A DNA stretch of 64,000 nucleotides from Phallusia mammillata (taxonomy: Eukaryota). Both the position numbers and the translations under genes were made by a program. Below, piece after piece: positions 33,001-44,671 of the stretch (positions are counted from its first letter, which is position 1; every line of letters begins with the position of its first letter). The stretch covers positions 12,648,001 through 12,712,000 of the forward strand of contig OZ281498.1 in assembly GCA_965637545.1 (NCBI GenBank), read 5' to 3'. Below the pieces are notes generated by a model, which made no database searches, had not been told where the DNA came from, and saw nothing but the letters and a program-made list of their open reading frames with translations.

Positions 33001-36000
33001 TAAAATCCTATGAAATATTTGTAAAAAGGTATTGGCGCCATAGCTTTATTAAAATCATGCCTGTCAGTGTTGATCCCTTTAAAGTTTTCTGTTAAAAAAT
33101 AATTCACTTGAAGGTATGCATAACAAACTTTTCATAACAAACATCAAATCAAATCAAATGTATTTTGCTTCAAAATGTTTGCCTTTGCCATATATACGCT
33201 TTAGAAATTACATCCCCAGCGGATTTATAATGATTCACAATGGAACAGTGTAAAAACTAATAATGCACTGCTAAATGTCACGCGTTTGACGCATTCCCTA
33301 ACGGCATTGAGACACCTCATCAATTCCCTCTGGCACAAACCACCAAAATGACGTCTTCTAAGTTTGCTTGCGCCGAAACCCGACACTCACAGAAAGCAAT
33401 AAGAAGACCAACAGACGGATGCATTTGAAACACGATTCCAACGAACTTACTGTTCACCCGGTGAACCCTCCATTTAGAAAGAAAGCAGGGGCACCAAATT
33501 AAATTAGTGTGCCTTGAAATCGTATCGCTTACGATAATGTCTGAATGACACCACATCGCCAAGACAACGCAAACCCGACATTCCCCAGCCATTCCCACGC
33601 TAAGAAAATACAAGCTTTGCAGAAGCTTTTCTACACTTTTTGGTTTCTGTCTCTTCAGTTCATGTATACACAGGAAACAGTGCTATTCGGCATCAATGTC
33701 TCGGCTGTCATGTTTTGAGCAAAATACACGACAAAATGGTCACTTTGTGCGCCTTAAGGGGTCTGCCTTGATATGAAGCGATGCATCGAGCGTTGTTGGT
33801 ACGACGAAAGCTTGTAGTGATGCCAAAAAAACTCGTTCCATCGATTTTCCAATCGCAGTGCAGGGAGGCTTATTGTTGCTGAGGAAAACCTATGTATGAC
33901 ATAATATTAGGCGTGGGCCAACATTACTGGAGTGGCAAGACCAGTTTTGACTCTTTATTGACTTGACTCATTTTATTTGATGGAAAGGTGCTAATTTAAT
34001 GCTTTACAAATACGCATTTTTGATATAACTCGTAAATTATAAAAAATCGGATCCAAAACCAGTTTATGGAAAAGAAAATGTTTAAATTTAAAGCTAAACG
34101 ACTTAAGCCGTATGGAACGTAAGTTTCATAATTTGGACTTGCCAAAACACACAACTTGTTTTCACATGGGATTTAGCCTTGGGTGGCCTCCTGTGCTATA
34201 AACCCTCCTTTCCAATTTAAAGTTGTCAGGCCTCAGACCGCAGTGTGTACATTCCACAGTGGCGCAGAAAACATCGTCGCGTGCTGTTGATACAACACAA
34301 GTTTTGAGCAAACACGTTTTCATCTTATTCCCTAACACCTCTAATTATTTTGATTATATCTCCGAAAAAGTCCAAACCATTGGTGATTCGTGCGAACCGC
34401 TTGACATTTCAGGCATTCTTATCATTCAGAGTGGACAGGGCGCCGTCCAGCGCGTGTTTTGACCAGCGGCTTACAACCGGTTTACTGTGTGCGACCTTTT
34501 CGAGCGTGCGTGCCACATACGTAAGTCCGCGGTATTTCGCGACTGTTTGTTGCTGTTTTCGCAGTCGCAGGAGAATCTACGGCCAGAAATGATGATGCTG
34601 CTGTAGGTTTGAACACGGCACGAACCCGCCCCTATGAGTAAAATCGTATTCTCCAATAACCGGAATTTGTGCAACATTTCCATAAATAGATTGGATGTTT
34701 GCGTCGCGAGTTTATCGCAATTTGGCATTTTTACGTAAACTGATTAAACTGCGATTTCCCTAAACTTATTAACTTAGTGAAACACGAGAAGGGGATAAGC
34801 GTTTAAATGTTACGTTAAAAACCTGCTATGCGACGTGTTACTTGGAACTGCTACAGAACGCCATATGCAACACAACACTAAATAAGAAAAGAAAAGTGAC
34901 GCCCCACGCAATGAAGCTGGCATTTTGTTGACAAAACAATTATGTTGACCAGTTTTTAAATGTTAGGAAATGTTTACGTTGAACTAATTTTTTTTTTCAA
35001 AATGTGTAGCTTGTATATTAGCATAGAGTGAAGGCCATACACCATCGGTATGCAGCAACCCGGCCGGCCTTTTAGTTTTAAACAAAATCTTTACTCACTT
35101 CTGTTGATTTCGATATTTTAAATCGGTTGAATTTTTTGATTTTGCAATCAAATCTTTACATTTACAGAACCTTCGGCTATTATTGACCCTCGTGCCGTTT
35201 CAACGTTTGATCGCAATTTTACGTTATCCTGGTCGAAGCCTCTACTTCCCAATGGAATGATCACCAAGTACCAACTAGTGTGCGATGATGTTACTGCAAC
35301 GAATGGAAAATTTGCTGCCAGCATTAAAAGTGACAAAGCACCGCTTTTGTTGGAGGTAATCTTTGTTAAATTAAGTAAGAATTTCCGATCAAACTTCAGT
35401 ATAAGTATTATTAAGTTTTGGCTTGAGTGCAATAATGTTAGTGCTCTACAGACTGAAAACCAGACCATTACTGTGGCAAGTCTAAAGCCTGGTCACATCT
35501 ATATTGCTCGTGTACGCGCAGCGACATCTACCGGATACGGTCCATACAGCGAACTTGTCACTATCAGGACAACACAAAGTAAGTGGATAAGTGTAAAAAT
35601 AAATAAATTACAAACATATTGCAGCATGATAGATTGACTTGGAATGTTATTGACAAGTGAATAATCAGAATTGTCTTTTCTTATTTCGCTCTGAATTAAA
35701 CTTTCAGGTTCATCTGATGTGAATCGATCGCAGTCACCTATCGGTTTAATTATTGGTATTGGAGTTGGGGCTTGCGTTATATTGCTGGCAATGTTAGCTT
35801 TCTGCTACTACAGGTAAACAAAACCCTTGTTTGTGATTCTTTGTTTATTGTAACTGAGAATGGAAAGTATTTTCCAACTAAAAAGATATGTCAATAAATT
35901 TACATGGAATATATATATTTCGTGTAAACATTAGTCAAATGATTCTGGGTCTGATATTGTTTAGTATATTCACTATCAGTTTTTTGCCATACTGGAACCA

Positions 36001-39000
36001 AATATTCGTAAATTTCTAGAAAACAAAACATCAGCCGAGAACGCATGAGCAACGAGTCATCGTCCGAAGAAAAAGCCCCCTTTACTGGTTCAAAAGAAGA
36101 TAACCTTATAGGTATTGAGTAAATTGTTGTGGTTTATAATATTTTGTAATTCAACGTATAATTTTCCTCTGGTATGATAGTGAGGTTGCCTTCAATCGGA
36201 GGACCACGCATATATGTGGAGTATCCGGATCCGCACAAAGCTGTTCGCGACTTTCACTGCGAAATCGACATCTCTGACTTGTCTATTGAAGAAACAATCG
36301 GGAGAGGTACGAAAGGTTTTGCTGTACCAACTGCAATAAGTCTTTTTCCAACACAATTGTATACCCTACCTTATTTATTCCAAGTAGCTAACACACATTT
36401 CAATGGTAGTCCTCAAAAATAAGTTTTGCAAACTATAAACAAAAGGATCAATAATAGTGTAAAAGTTGACTTTTCTTTTTTCGAAGGACAAAACTATTGC
36501 AAGGAACAAATACCAGATAAACATTTGTGATCCAGAGTGGTTGGTTTCCTGTTCAAACTATTTCACACGTCTGGAAATAATTCCAAAACGCCACAACCAA
36601 ATAACTCTTCTTGCAACTACTGTTTGTGTGTTGATATGTTTACATAAGCTCCTCTGACCTTAGGTGAGTTTGGTGAAGTTTGTCGCGGCCAATATCACTG
36701 CGGGGAGGTAGATGTTTGTGTCGCTGTGAAAAGGCTGAAACAGGGAGCGGACGCTAAGGATCAACTGAACTTTCTTAAAGAAGCTTCAACCATGGCTCAG
36801 TTCTCACATCCCAACGTTGTGCAACTAAAGGGCGTCGTCACCAAAAGTACGTGTATCTTATTTTAATGATTTACTTATTTCAAGCTTCATTGGGTAGCGG
36901 GAGTTTGTTTTACCGTAAGTTTCTTATTCTCTTATTATTCTAAATCTAAGCAACCTATCAATCCTTTCAAAAGAGTAGGTACATTATAAAGAGTAAGAAG
37001 AATTGGAGCTTCCTCTTACTAATTCGGATTTATGAATTCCACCAAATTTTGCATTTTTTACGGAAATGCACCTCTAAATAACAGGATCTTAAGAAGGAAA
37101 AAGCATTTTCCTTACATAGTTTTCAAGAAAATATTTTCAGCTTTGTAAGAACTGTTGTTTCAGAAGGTTGGGACTGTTGTCTAGAAACCAATATTATTTT
37201 ACAACAAACCCGTTTTCAATTTGTTTTTTAATCTGTAAAAGTTTTAAAACTCAACACAATAAAGTACAGTAATGCTGACAAACTCAAACACGCCTTTATT
37301 AAAGTTTACGCAATCAACGTTATTCGTCAACCAACAAACACTAACCGCACAATAAACGCCTTCACCCATGCGTTGACTGCCAAAACGCCAGATTCCCTCA
37401 TAATCTGTATTGACACGATTCAATCGGTCTGGAATAACGTCAGGGCGAAGGTAGGCAGCAAAACAAAATCGTTTCGAAGACGTCATCTCACACGCCTATT
37501 TATCTGAATTATGACAGGCACCTCTGCGTCACCTAGCGGTCATACTTGCGTTTATCTGATTTTACGAGGGGCTTGAGAGCTGCCAAAGCAAGCAGCTTTG
37601 CCAGAATGAGGAACCTCCGCACGCCGCGAGCTGTTTTTGCACCGTGATTCACAGCTTTAACGTCGGAAGTGGGATCTGCTATATCTCGCGCAGTTATATC
37701 TTCGGCGAAAATCTGGCGTGCGCGTGATACGACAAAACCCGTTCGTCTGTCGAGCTTCGCTTGTTAAGCTTATGGCTGCTTAAGCGTAAATGACAGGTCA
37801 CGGCTATTTGCCGATCGTTATCTCAGTGGCTCTGGACGCCTGTGCCCTTTATAGTGGAGTTCGTAAACTCGCTTCAGGCAAGCCTAATTTACTCGCTGTT
37901 TTTGTAAGCTAGATGTCGCCGTACGTCAAAGTATCGTCATTATACCTTCCGTGACAAAAAGTGAGGAACACCATCGAAGGATAAAAAACTTACATTCAAG
38001 TTTTCAACTGATTAAGCATACTTTGTGCAATTTGCTAATATTATTTTTTAAATTTATTTGCGTGTTTTTGCTGTTTCACTGTTTTGTTTAATTTGATCAT
38101 AATTCAGTGTTTGACGCACTTGTAACTTAACAAGATAAAGCTGTTAAAAAGTGTATCCATGATTGCTGTCAATCAAATGTAAAACGCAAATTTTCCCATC
38201 CTCTCGACCTCAGCGAAAGTGATTCCTACATGCATTAGGGGGAATACCCTTCCCCGTACGGACGTGCGCAGTGTCTCGATTTCACCTCACCGTATGTTTA
38301 CAGCACACCGCCACTTAATCCTAACCTACACAATCGGCAAGCAGCAAACACCGACAATCGAATTTCTCTTGCACTTTTGCTGTACTTCGCGGAAATCTTC
38401 TGTTTTGATTTGACCAAATGTTGCTTTGATTTGACAAGGTCCGTTTTTTGCAGGTCGTCCACAGATGATCGTGACCGAGTACATGGAGAACGGCTCGCTT
38501 GACGTATTCCTTAAGGTAAGTTTCTCGTCTATTTACAATTCCGCTCACCAGTTTCGGCGAAAGCATTGCGAACTGACCACACGATTTACCCAATATGGTG
38601 AAGGTTGTTGCTGTTGATTGATAACACTATAGGTTTCTATAAAGGTGAAACTTGTTTTGACAACTTGTGGAAGTGGGGCTTTCAAAAAGTACTGAAATCT
38701 ATAAATGCCGCGGACAGAAATTTAAAAACAGTTTTGTAGTTTTACGACAATACAACTTAAATTTTGATTGCAAAAAGTGTCTGACAGGATTGCCTTTTTT
38801 ACGATTAGCTACATCTTTTAATAACATTCTAGAGAATCACTAAAAATTGTGAGTGAAATGGCACACAAATTGTGCGTTATTTCATCAGTATCGATCAAAT
38901 AGCACAAGGGCACAACAATTGATATCGATCCCACTATCCTTTTGCTTAATACAACACCTTTGATGCGCATTACAGGTTATATGGGTCTCTGATCTGATTA

Positions 39001-41134
39001 ATACATTTGAAAAAGATGATCACGAATGTAAATGTATGCAGTGGGATATAAAATTTTGAAATGCTTTTAACAGAATCACACGGATACGTTGTCGATGGTT
39101 CAGCTGCTTCAGATGTTGAAAGGCATCGCAAGTGGTATGAGATATCTCTCCAGCATGAAATACGTCCACCGCGATTTGGCAGCCAGGAACATTCTCGTCA
39201 ACTCAGATCTCGTCTGCAAAGTCTCTGATTTCGGTCTTTCCAGGACTCTCGAAAACGACCCCCATGCCACGTATACGACACAGGTATATAGATTGGAACC
39301 ACGTTTTGCTGCAGAAGGGTCTAAATGTTGTCAATTTTGTGTTTATTTTTCTAAAACTGAATTGTCATTTTAGGGTGGGAAAATTGCAATCCGCTGGACA
39401 GCGCCGGAATGCATACGTTTCCGTAAGTTTACGTCCAACAGTGACGTATGGAGTTACGGCATTGTCATGTGGGAGGTGATGTCATACGGCGAAAAGCCTT
39501 ACTGGGATATGAGCAACCAAGAAGTGATTGAGTCAATCGACGAAGGATACAGATTACCAGCTCCATATGTGAGTAATTACGAAATCACATCACTAAAATC
39601 AGCGTTGCTCAGTATGGAATTTGCCTTGGAGTTATCTGGTAGAATGTTAGGAATCTTGCTCAACTGCGACGTGTTTAAAACGTCATAGACGCCATGAAGA
39701 TTTTATCGATAAACACAAAACCGCCAAAATATTTTGGGTTAATTTTTGGAATTTTGGCGATAGATTGTCACTGCGTAGGAGGCAATTCCGCTGGCATTTA
39801 TTTTTTCCAGTTAGTACTTTGCGTGAACTACTTTTAATAAGTATTCATCCCACAGTATCATTTTTTTTTTAAATCCATTGTTTGAACCATGTCCTCGATT
39901 GAACCCTCAGCTTTCAAAGTTTGATTTACTTGAAGCTAAGAAAACAAGAAAGCGTGCGTCGACATTTTCTGCTTTTAATGTCACCACACCTCGCAGGTTA
40001 ATCCCGTGTTATAAACGAATGAAGACTGTGTGCAAACACTGCAAATGCCTAAGACATTAGTTGCCTAAAAGATCGCAAGTGATGATTTCACTCACGTACT
40101 GTATTAAAAAGCAACCCATTAGTGATGTGATTTCTTATTAAATGTGATGTATCTCAGAATTCGGGAACATATCTGACCGTAAAGTCATGTAAAGTAACAT
40201 TTAAGTTTAGTTTTCTACCAAACAACTTGTGATAGATTGCGCAGTCATACATTTGCAGTTTCAAACTTTACATGCAGCGTCAACACACAGTCCTTGTATT
40301 AATTAATGGCCGTTGTTGGTGATTCATGTACATAAATTATTTCCACAATTTAAATAAATTTGCATGCAGTTACAGTAGATGCCGTTTCTCCTTACAGATC
40401 CGAAACCATAAATCATTCCAGCCTTTCGTTACTAAACCAAAAGTTTTCTAAATGTGGTGTAACACGAGAAACTGTAAACTACCCAAGAACGTTTGGGGTG
40501 TGTTTTCAGACGGGTTGTGTAGTAATAGTGGTTCCTCTTCGACAAGACTTTTACAAGTTTAAGACCAGTTCCGATTTCTCGAAGTCTGCGTGCATGGGCT
40601 GAAGTCTATATTTTTTTCTGTTTTGATTTAAAATAAGGGTTTATTTTTCTGCAGGACTGTCCTGTCTGTCTTCACCAACTGATGGTAGAATGTTGGGCAT
40701 TTGATGCTAAGCACCGACCCACTATGAACGACATATATCAACGACTGGACGCTTTACTTGAAACTCCGTCCAATCTGTCTGATCGCAACTTGGAACAACC
40801 CACCACACCAACAACCGAAACAGCAATGTATGTCCATAGAAATGGTTGAATTGAAACAAGATTACTTTAGGCTTTAAGTAAAAATTTACAATTTTTTTTT
40901 CGCGTTTAGTGGTTTTTGTTAAAGCAAGGACAGTATGTATATATTTCGTTACCGTATAAACAACTTTAGAAATTTTGACTCGAAATTAAACCTAATGCCT
41001 CATATAATCGTCACATACGGCGTCAAATTGTTACATTTAGTTTACTCATCTAATTTCCTGTTAATCTAAAATAAATCTCTTAAACCTAATATCTCTGTTG
41101 TTGTTTTTATAGTCCAATCAGCATCCCGGCCTAA
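15068..41134 (+). CDS. Eph: Ephrin receptor tyrosine kinase (Eph), paralog 1; 21 coding exons, ~954 aa, no SAM domain found
   Basis: Exons 15068-15161 (signal peptide), 15523-15590, 16008-16120, 16906-17163, 17465-17661 (ligand-binding domain), 17926-18030, 22794-22982 (Cys-rich), 24138-24246, 25484-25649, 30032-30113, 35168-35355, 35452-35578 (two FN3), 35708-35813 (TM), 36020-36111, 36181-36306, 36664-36846 (GEFGEV, VAVK), 38454-38515, 39074-39283 ([11 protein letters not shown]), 39374-39568, 40655-40827, 41113-41134. All GT-AG and phase-consistent; total 2865 nt. The last exon is the least certain. Confidence 0.93.
16523..16856. mobile_element. hAT-type MITE, 334 bp, in Eph paralog 1 intron 3
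   Basis: TIRs tAGGGGTGTCCAA / TTGGACACCCCTG; perfect 8-bp TSD gtgtaggg (16515-16522 and 16857-16864); subterminal GGCCCGCGG motifs. Confidence 0.92.
27216..27767. repeat. Tandem array of ~140-157 bp units (3 copies plus a partial) preceded by a GC-rich hairpin; probable non-autonomous Helentron/DINE-1-like element
   Basis: Units start at 27305, 27457, 27614 and 27753 (cgtttggtcaagaaaaagtg...gaagtttgacccc...cccagcggttcacccacaggc.cccgaaacgta). Perfect 9-bp stem gtccccttc-cct-gaaggggac at 27216-27236, followed by a T-rich tract. The tandem repeat is certain; the element class is inference. Confidence 0.8.
31816..32115. mobile_element. hAT-type MITE, 300 bp, in Eph paralog 1 intron 10
   Basis: TIRs CAGGGATGGGCAAC / GTTGCCCACCCCTG; perfect 8-bp TSD gtttaaag (31808-31815 and 32116-32123); GGGCCGCA subterminal motifs. 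Confidence 0.92.
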
Positions 41135-44100
41135 ATGCTACCAGCACATCGCCGTGCCGTCATACCAAGGATGACGCACCCGTTAGACTTCCGAGAAAAG
41201 TTGTGGTTGTTCGTGCGGGAAGTCATTGTCGTTTCCAAATGAAGTTCATTTGTCTTCCGCTAAATGTTCCTTTCATTTCCATATTCCGTGCATTAGGATA
41301 TTACCAGGGATTGAGTGGGTTAATACATTAAACATGTCGATAATAAGAGTCAGCCCAAGATACGAAGTAAACCATGCATGTAACACTCCTATAGCATATG
41401 ACAATATTAAAACCCCTAACCCATACGTCGCATATTTTCCACTGCCCGCGTCATTATTTTATGCGTACTATATTACATAAAATATTGGGTAAGTTTTGTA
41501 GTGATTTTAGGCAAAGAAATATTTTATTGCACAAAAGCAGCCATTGTCTAAAGTTTTATTGCACCAGTTATTGCTTCCATTTACACACATACATTTTTTC
41601 ATTAGTTGTTAATTTAGAAAATTTTGTTATTCCTGTTGGATCACCACGCCGAAAAGCTTTGTTATGTTGAAACAACACCAGCATTTACGTCTTCTTTATT
41701 TTTCTCTTTTCCTTTACTGATCGTCATTATTCATTGCGTTTGAATATGTTTATTTATTTTTCGCCATTTTTGCGGCGCCTATCTGCTTTGTTTCTTTTTG
41801 TTGCATTAAAAGTTTTTGTTACGAATTACTGTCAATCTGTTCAACCACTTTTAAGTAGCCACAATTTTACGGCTATTACGCTTTCAGGGAAGACTTGACA
41901 GACAATAGCAAAATACGCTAGACGCAGTCAAGCCCGCCTTTCTGTGTTTTGCGACGATGTTTCCTTAGCAATTAGCAGGTGTGTTCGATGGTGAGGACCA
42001 ACAAGTCGAAACTGTGTTGTTAAACAAACAGGGGTGATCTGCTTACAAACTGTTGCAGACAGTTTGGTTAGAGAACAATAGTGCCCAAACATAAAACTGT
42101 TAAGTAAACATAAACTTTCACAACTAAATGTTTTTCGGGAATCCGTTTCACAGTGAGCAATCGACTTTAAGATTTCGGCGAAAACAAAGTTTCAATAAAC
42201 AATATTACAATACAGGAATTTGTTTCATAGGAGACTATTACAGCCATAATGTCAAGTAACAACATACGCCCAAATTAGTTTGCAAATTCTATTCGATTTA
42301 CCAATTTTCAACACCAAAGCAACACAACAGATATTTATTTTCAAAAGGATTTATTGCAGCTGTTCTGATGAAATCAAATTTGTTTTCCAAATGCATTTTA
42401 TCTTTTGTGATTTAAGACAATGGTTTTTATTGTCGATTTGTGCATGATAACTTAGTTCTGTATATACCGCATTGTGATTCACATGTGTATTGATTCTGAA
42501 GTAAATCTTCACGGCATTTTGTTTGTGCAATTTTGTCTGTGCGTTTGTGGAGAAACTTGGTCATAAACATGTTGTTGCTCCATAGTTTCAGTTTCTGCAG
42601 ATAATGCAGTGAATAGTAAAGAATGTACTGACTTTATTTCCACAAAACAGCGTAGTAATTACAAACAAAATTAATTTTCCATGATATGTTTCAATTAATT
42701 TGCCTTGTTTTAATTGGACACTGAATTTTTCTCTCAAAAATGTGTCGACGATATGTTTATTTTGAAAACGCTATTTCCTTGATTTCACTAAAACAAGACA
42801 ATCATTATCTGATATTTTGTGAAAATTAAATGATTCATATCATTTTTGTTACATGCAGCAAACCTTCTTGCAAGTTTAATTGGAGGACGAATTGCGGCAG
42901 CCGGCAAGTATGTCATACGCGTAGTCACGAGAATTAAAAATCCTTGCCAAATCCGATTAATAGTAGCTCCTTAAATGTTGCGTCGAATATAGTGCAAACA
43001 CAGGTGCCAAATCTTGTTGAAATATTTACGTAAGTTGGGTTGGCTTGTTGTTTATGACCCAAGTTGATTGAAAATATGGGTTACGACCTATAGCAATATT
43101 GCAGCCATTGACTGTCCCGCTGTAAAAGCTATTGTTTTGCGAAGTTATAATTAAACACGCAAAGCTTTATTTTGAAAGCGGTCGCCGGTCGTAATGGGCA
43201 ATGTTTAATCAATTTCAAAATCAAACTTTGTTTTATTGACTATAATAAAAAATGAAAGTATTACATTTGCCAAATAATGTTTTGTCGAAAGCATTGTTTT
43301 TCTTGCAAGTTTCGCGAAACCTCGAGTTTCAGTGACGACAGCTTCACTGCTAGATGGCAGCAAAGCGCTTTTTGCAGACACGTGCATTACAGCAAGTCTG
43401 CAGTAATAAAGCCCACCTGTACAACGTCTTTACAAAGTACTGGGAAAATTCAAGACTGGTGAACACAACGAAACGAGGTCGTCACTTGTTCACAAATGTT
43501 TACAGAAGAAATACATAATGGACAAGACCAGCGGTAAAGGTCATGACCAGCAGCAAGGTGCCCGACTAATTACCCAGCAGGCGTGACAACTGAACAAACC
43601 AATAACTGGGCTTGAACTAACTGCTGCTGTGAGCCCACGCTTGTGGCTGTCAATCTCCATCGCGAATCTTCCTTTGATAGTGAAAGTGTGAATTCTAGCG
43701 TTTACGTGACTTGGTCTGTGTTTGCTTAGCTGTAATCCGCAATGCAAATGCATGACATGTCTACGAGAGTTGACGATTTGTCGTCGCACATCAAACTGAA
43801 TAAAATTTTACATTTTTTACGGGTAGCTAAATTCATTCTACAGGGGCAACTAAAATTTTTGATATCAATAGTTTTCAATAAAAAAAATTAATAAACAATT
43901 GTTTCCAATGTCCCTATTTTATAAGAAAATGTGGTCTTAAATTGTTATCGGTGTTGCAAAATGTCCTGAAATTATCAATGAACGCAAGTTTCATTAACAT
44001 TCCAATTAAAAAATATTTGCTAGATTGGCACATTTTTTTTCCAAAAGTAAGTTTTGCACTTGTAAAAAAGTCGAAAACATCTAAACAAACATCCCTTACA

Positions 44101-44671
44101 AAGTTAGTAGGTTAAGTGATATTGGGGTTTCAACACATCGTGCACATACGCATCATCGAAAATATACGCGAACAAAATTCAGTCGATACGACTTACGAAA
44201 AAGGCTTCGAAGAGTAAAAGAAAAAAGGCTCGTCGGAGCCAAGCATTGCTCGCACTTATCTCCGTTATAGAGAGCGCTTTTCATTATGTCGTCACAACCA
44301 GTGTCTGGCAGAGAAGGTGCCAGTTGTAGTCGAGAATTTTTAGTAATAGCCGAAATCCCAAGGTTTTGCTGGTTTCGCAATTCGACAGCCTAGACAGAAA
44401 GACAGCTACATTGGCTTTGATTCAAGGCATTCATTAAACTTGCTTATGATAAATTAGTACATACTACATACCCAATTTATTTGAAGTAACTTAATTTTTT
44501 TCAGACAGTCGTTTAGTCAAGCGTTTTTTAAAAGAAATATCAGGTTGTTGCTTCCAAGGCTGTCTGTACGTCGGATTTAAACGGATTTACTTTACAAAAC
44601 AAGAAATCCAGAGGAAATTTTCGCAAGAAGTCGTTTGACTTTTCAAAGTCTGTGACTCAGTTCGGAGAACA

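Noticed and set aside
41978-42030. Second hammerhead-like string (atggtgag-gac-caacaa-gtc-gaaac)
   Set aside because: Core reads AUGGUGA rather than CUGANGA and stems I/III are poor; at most a dead relic.
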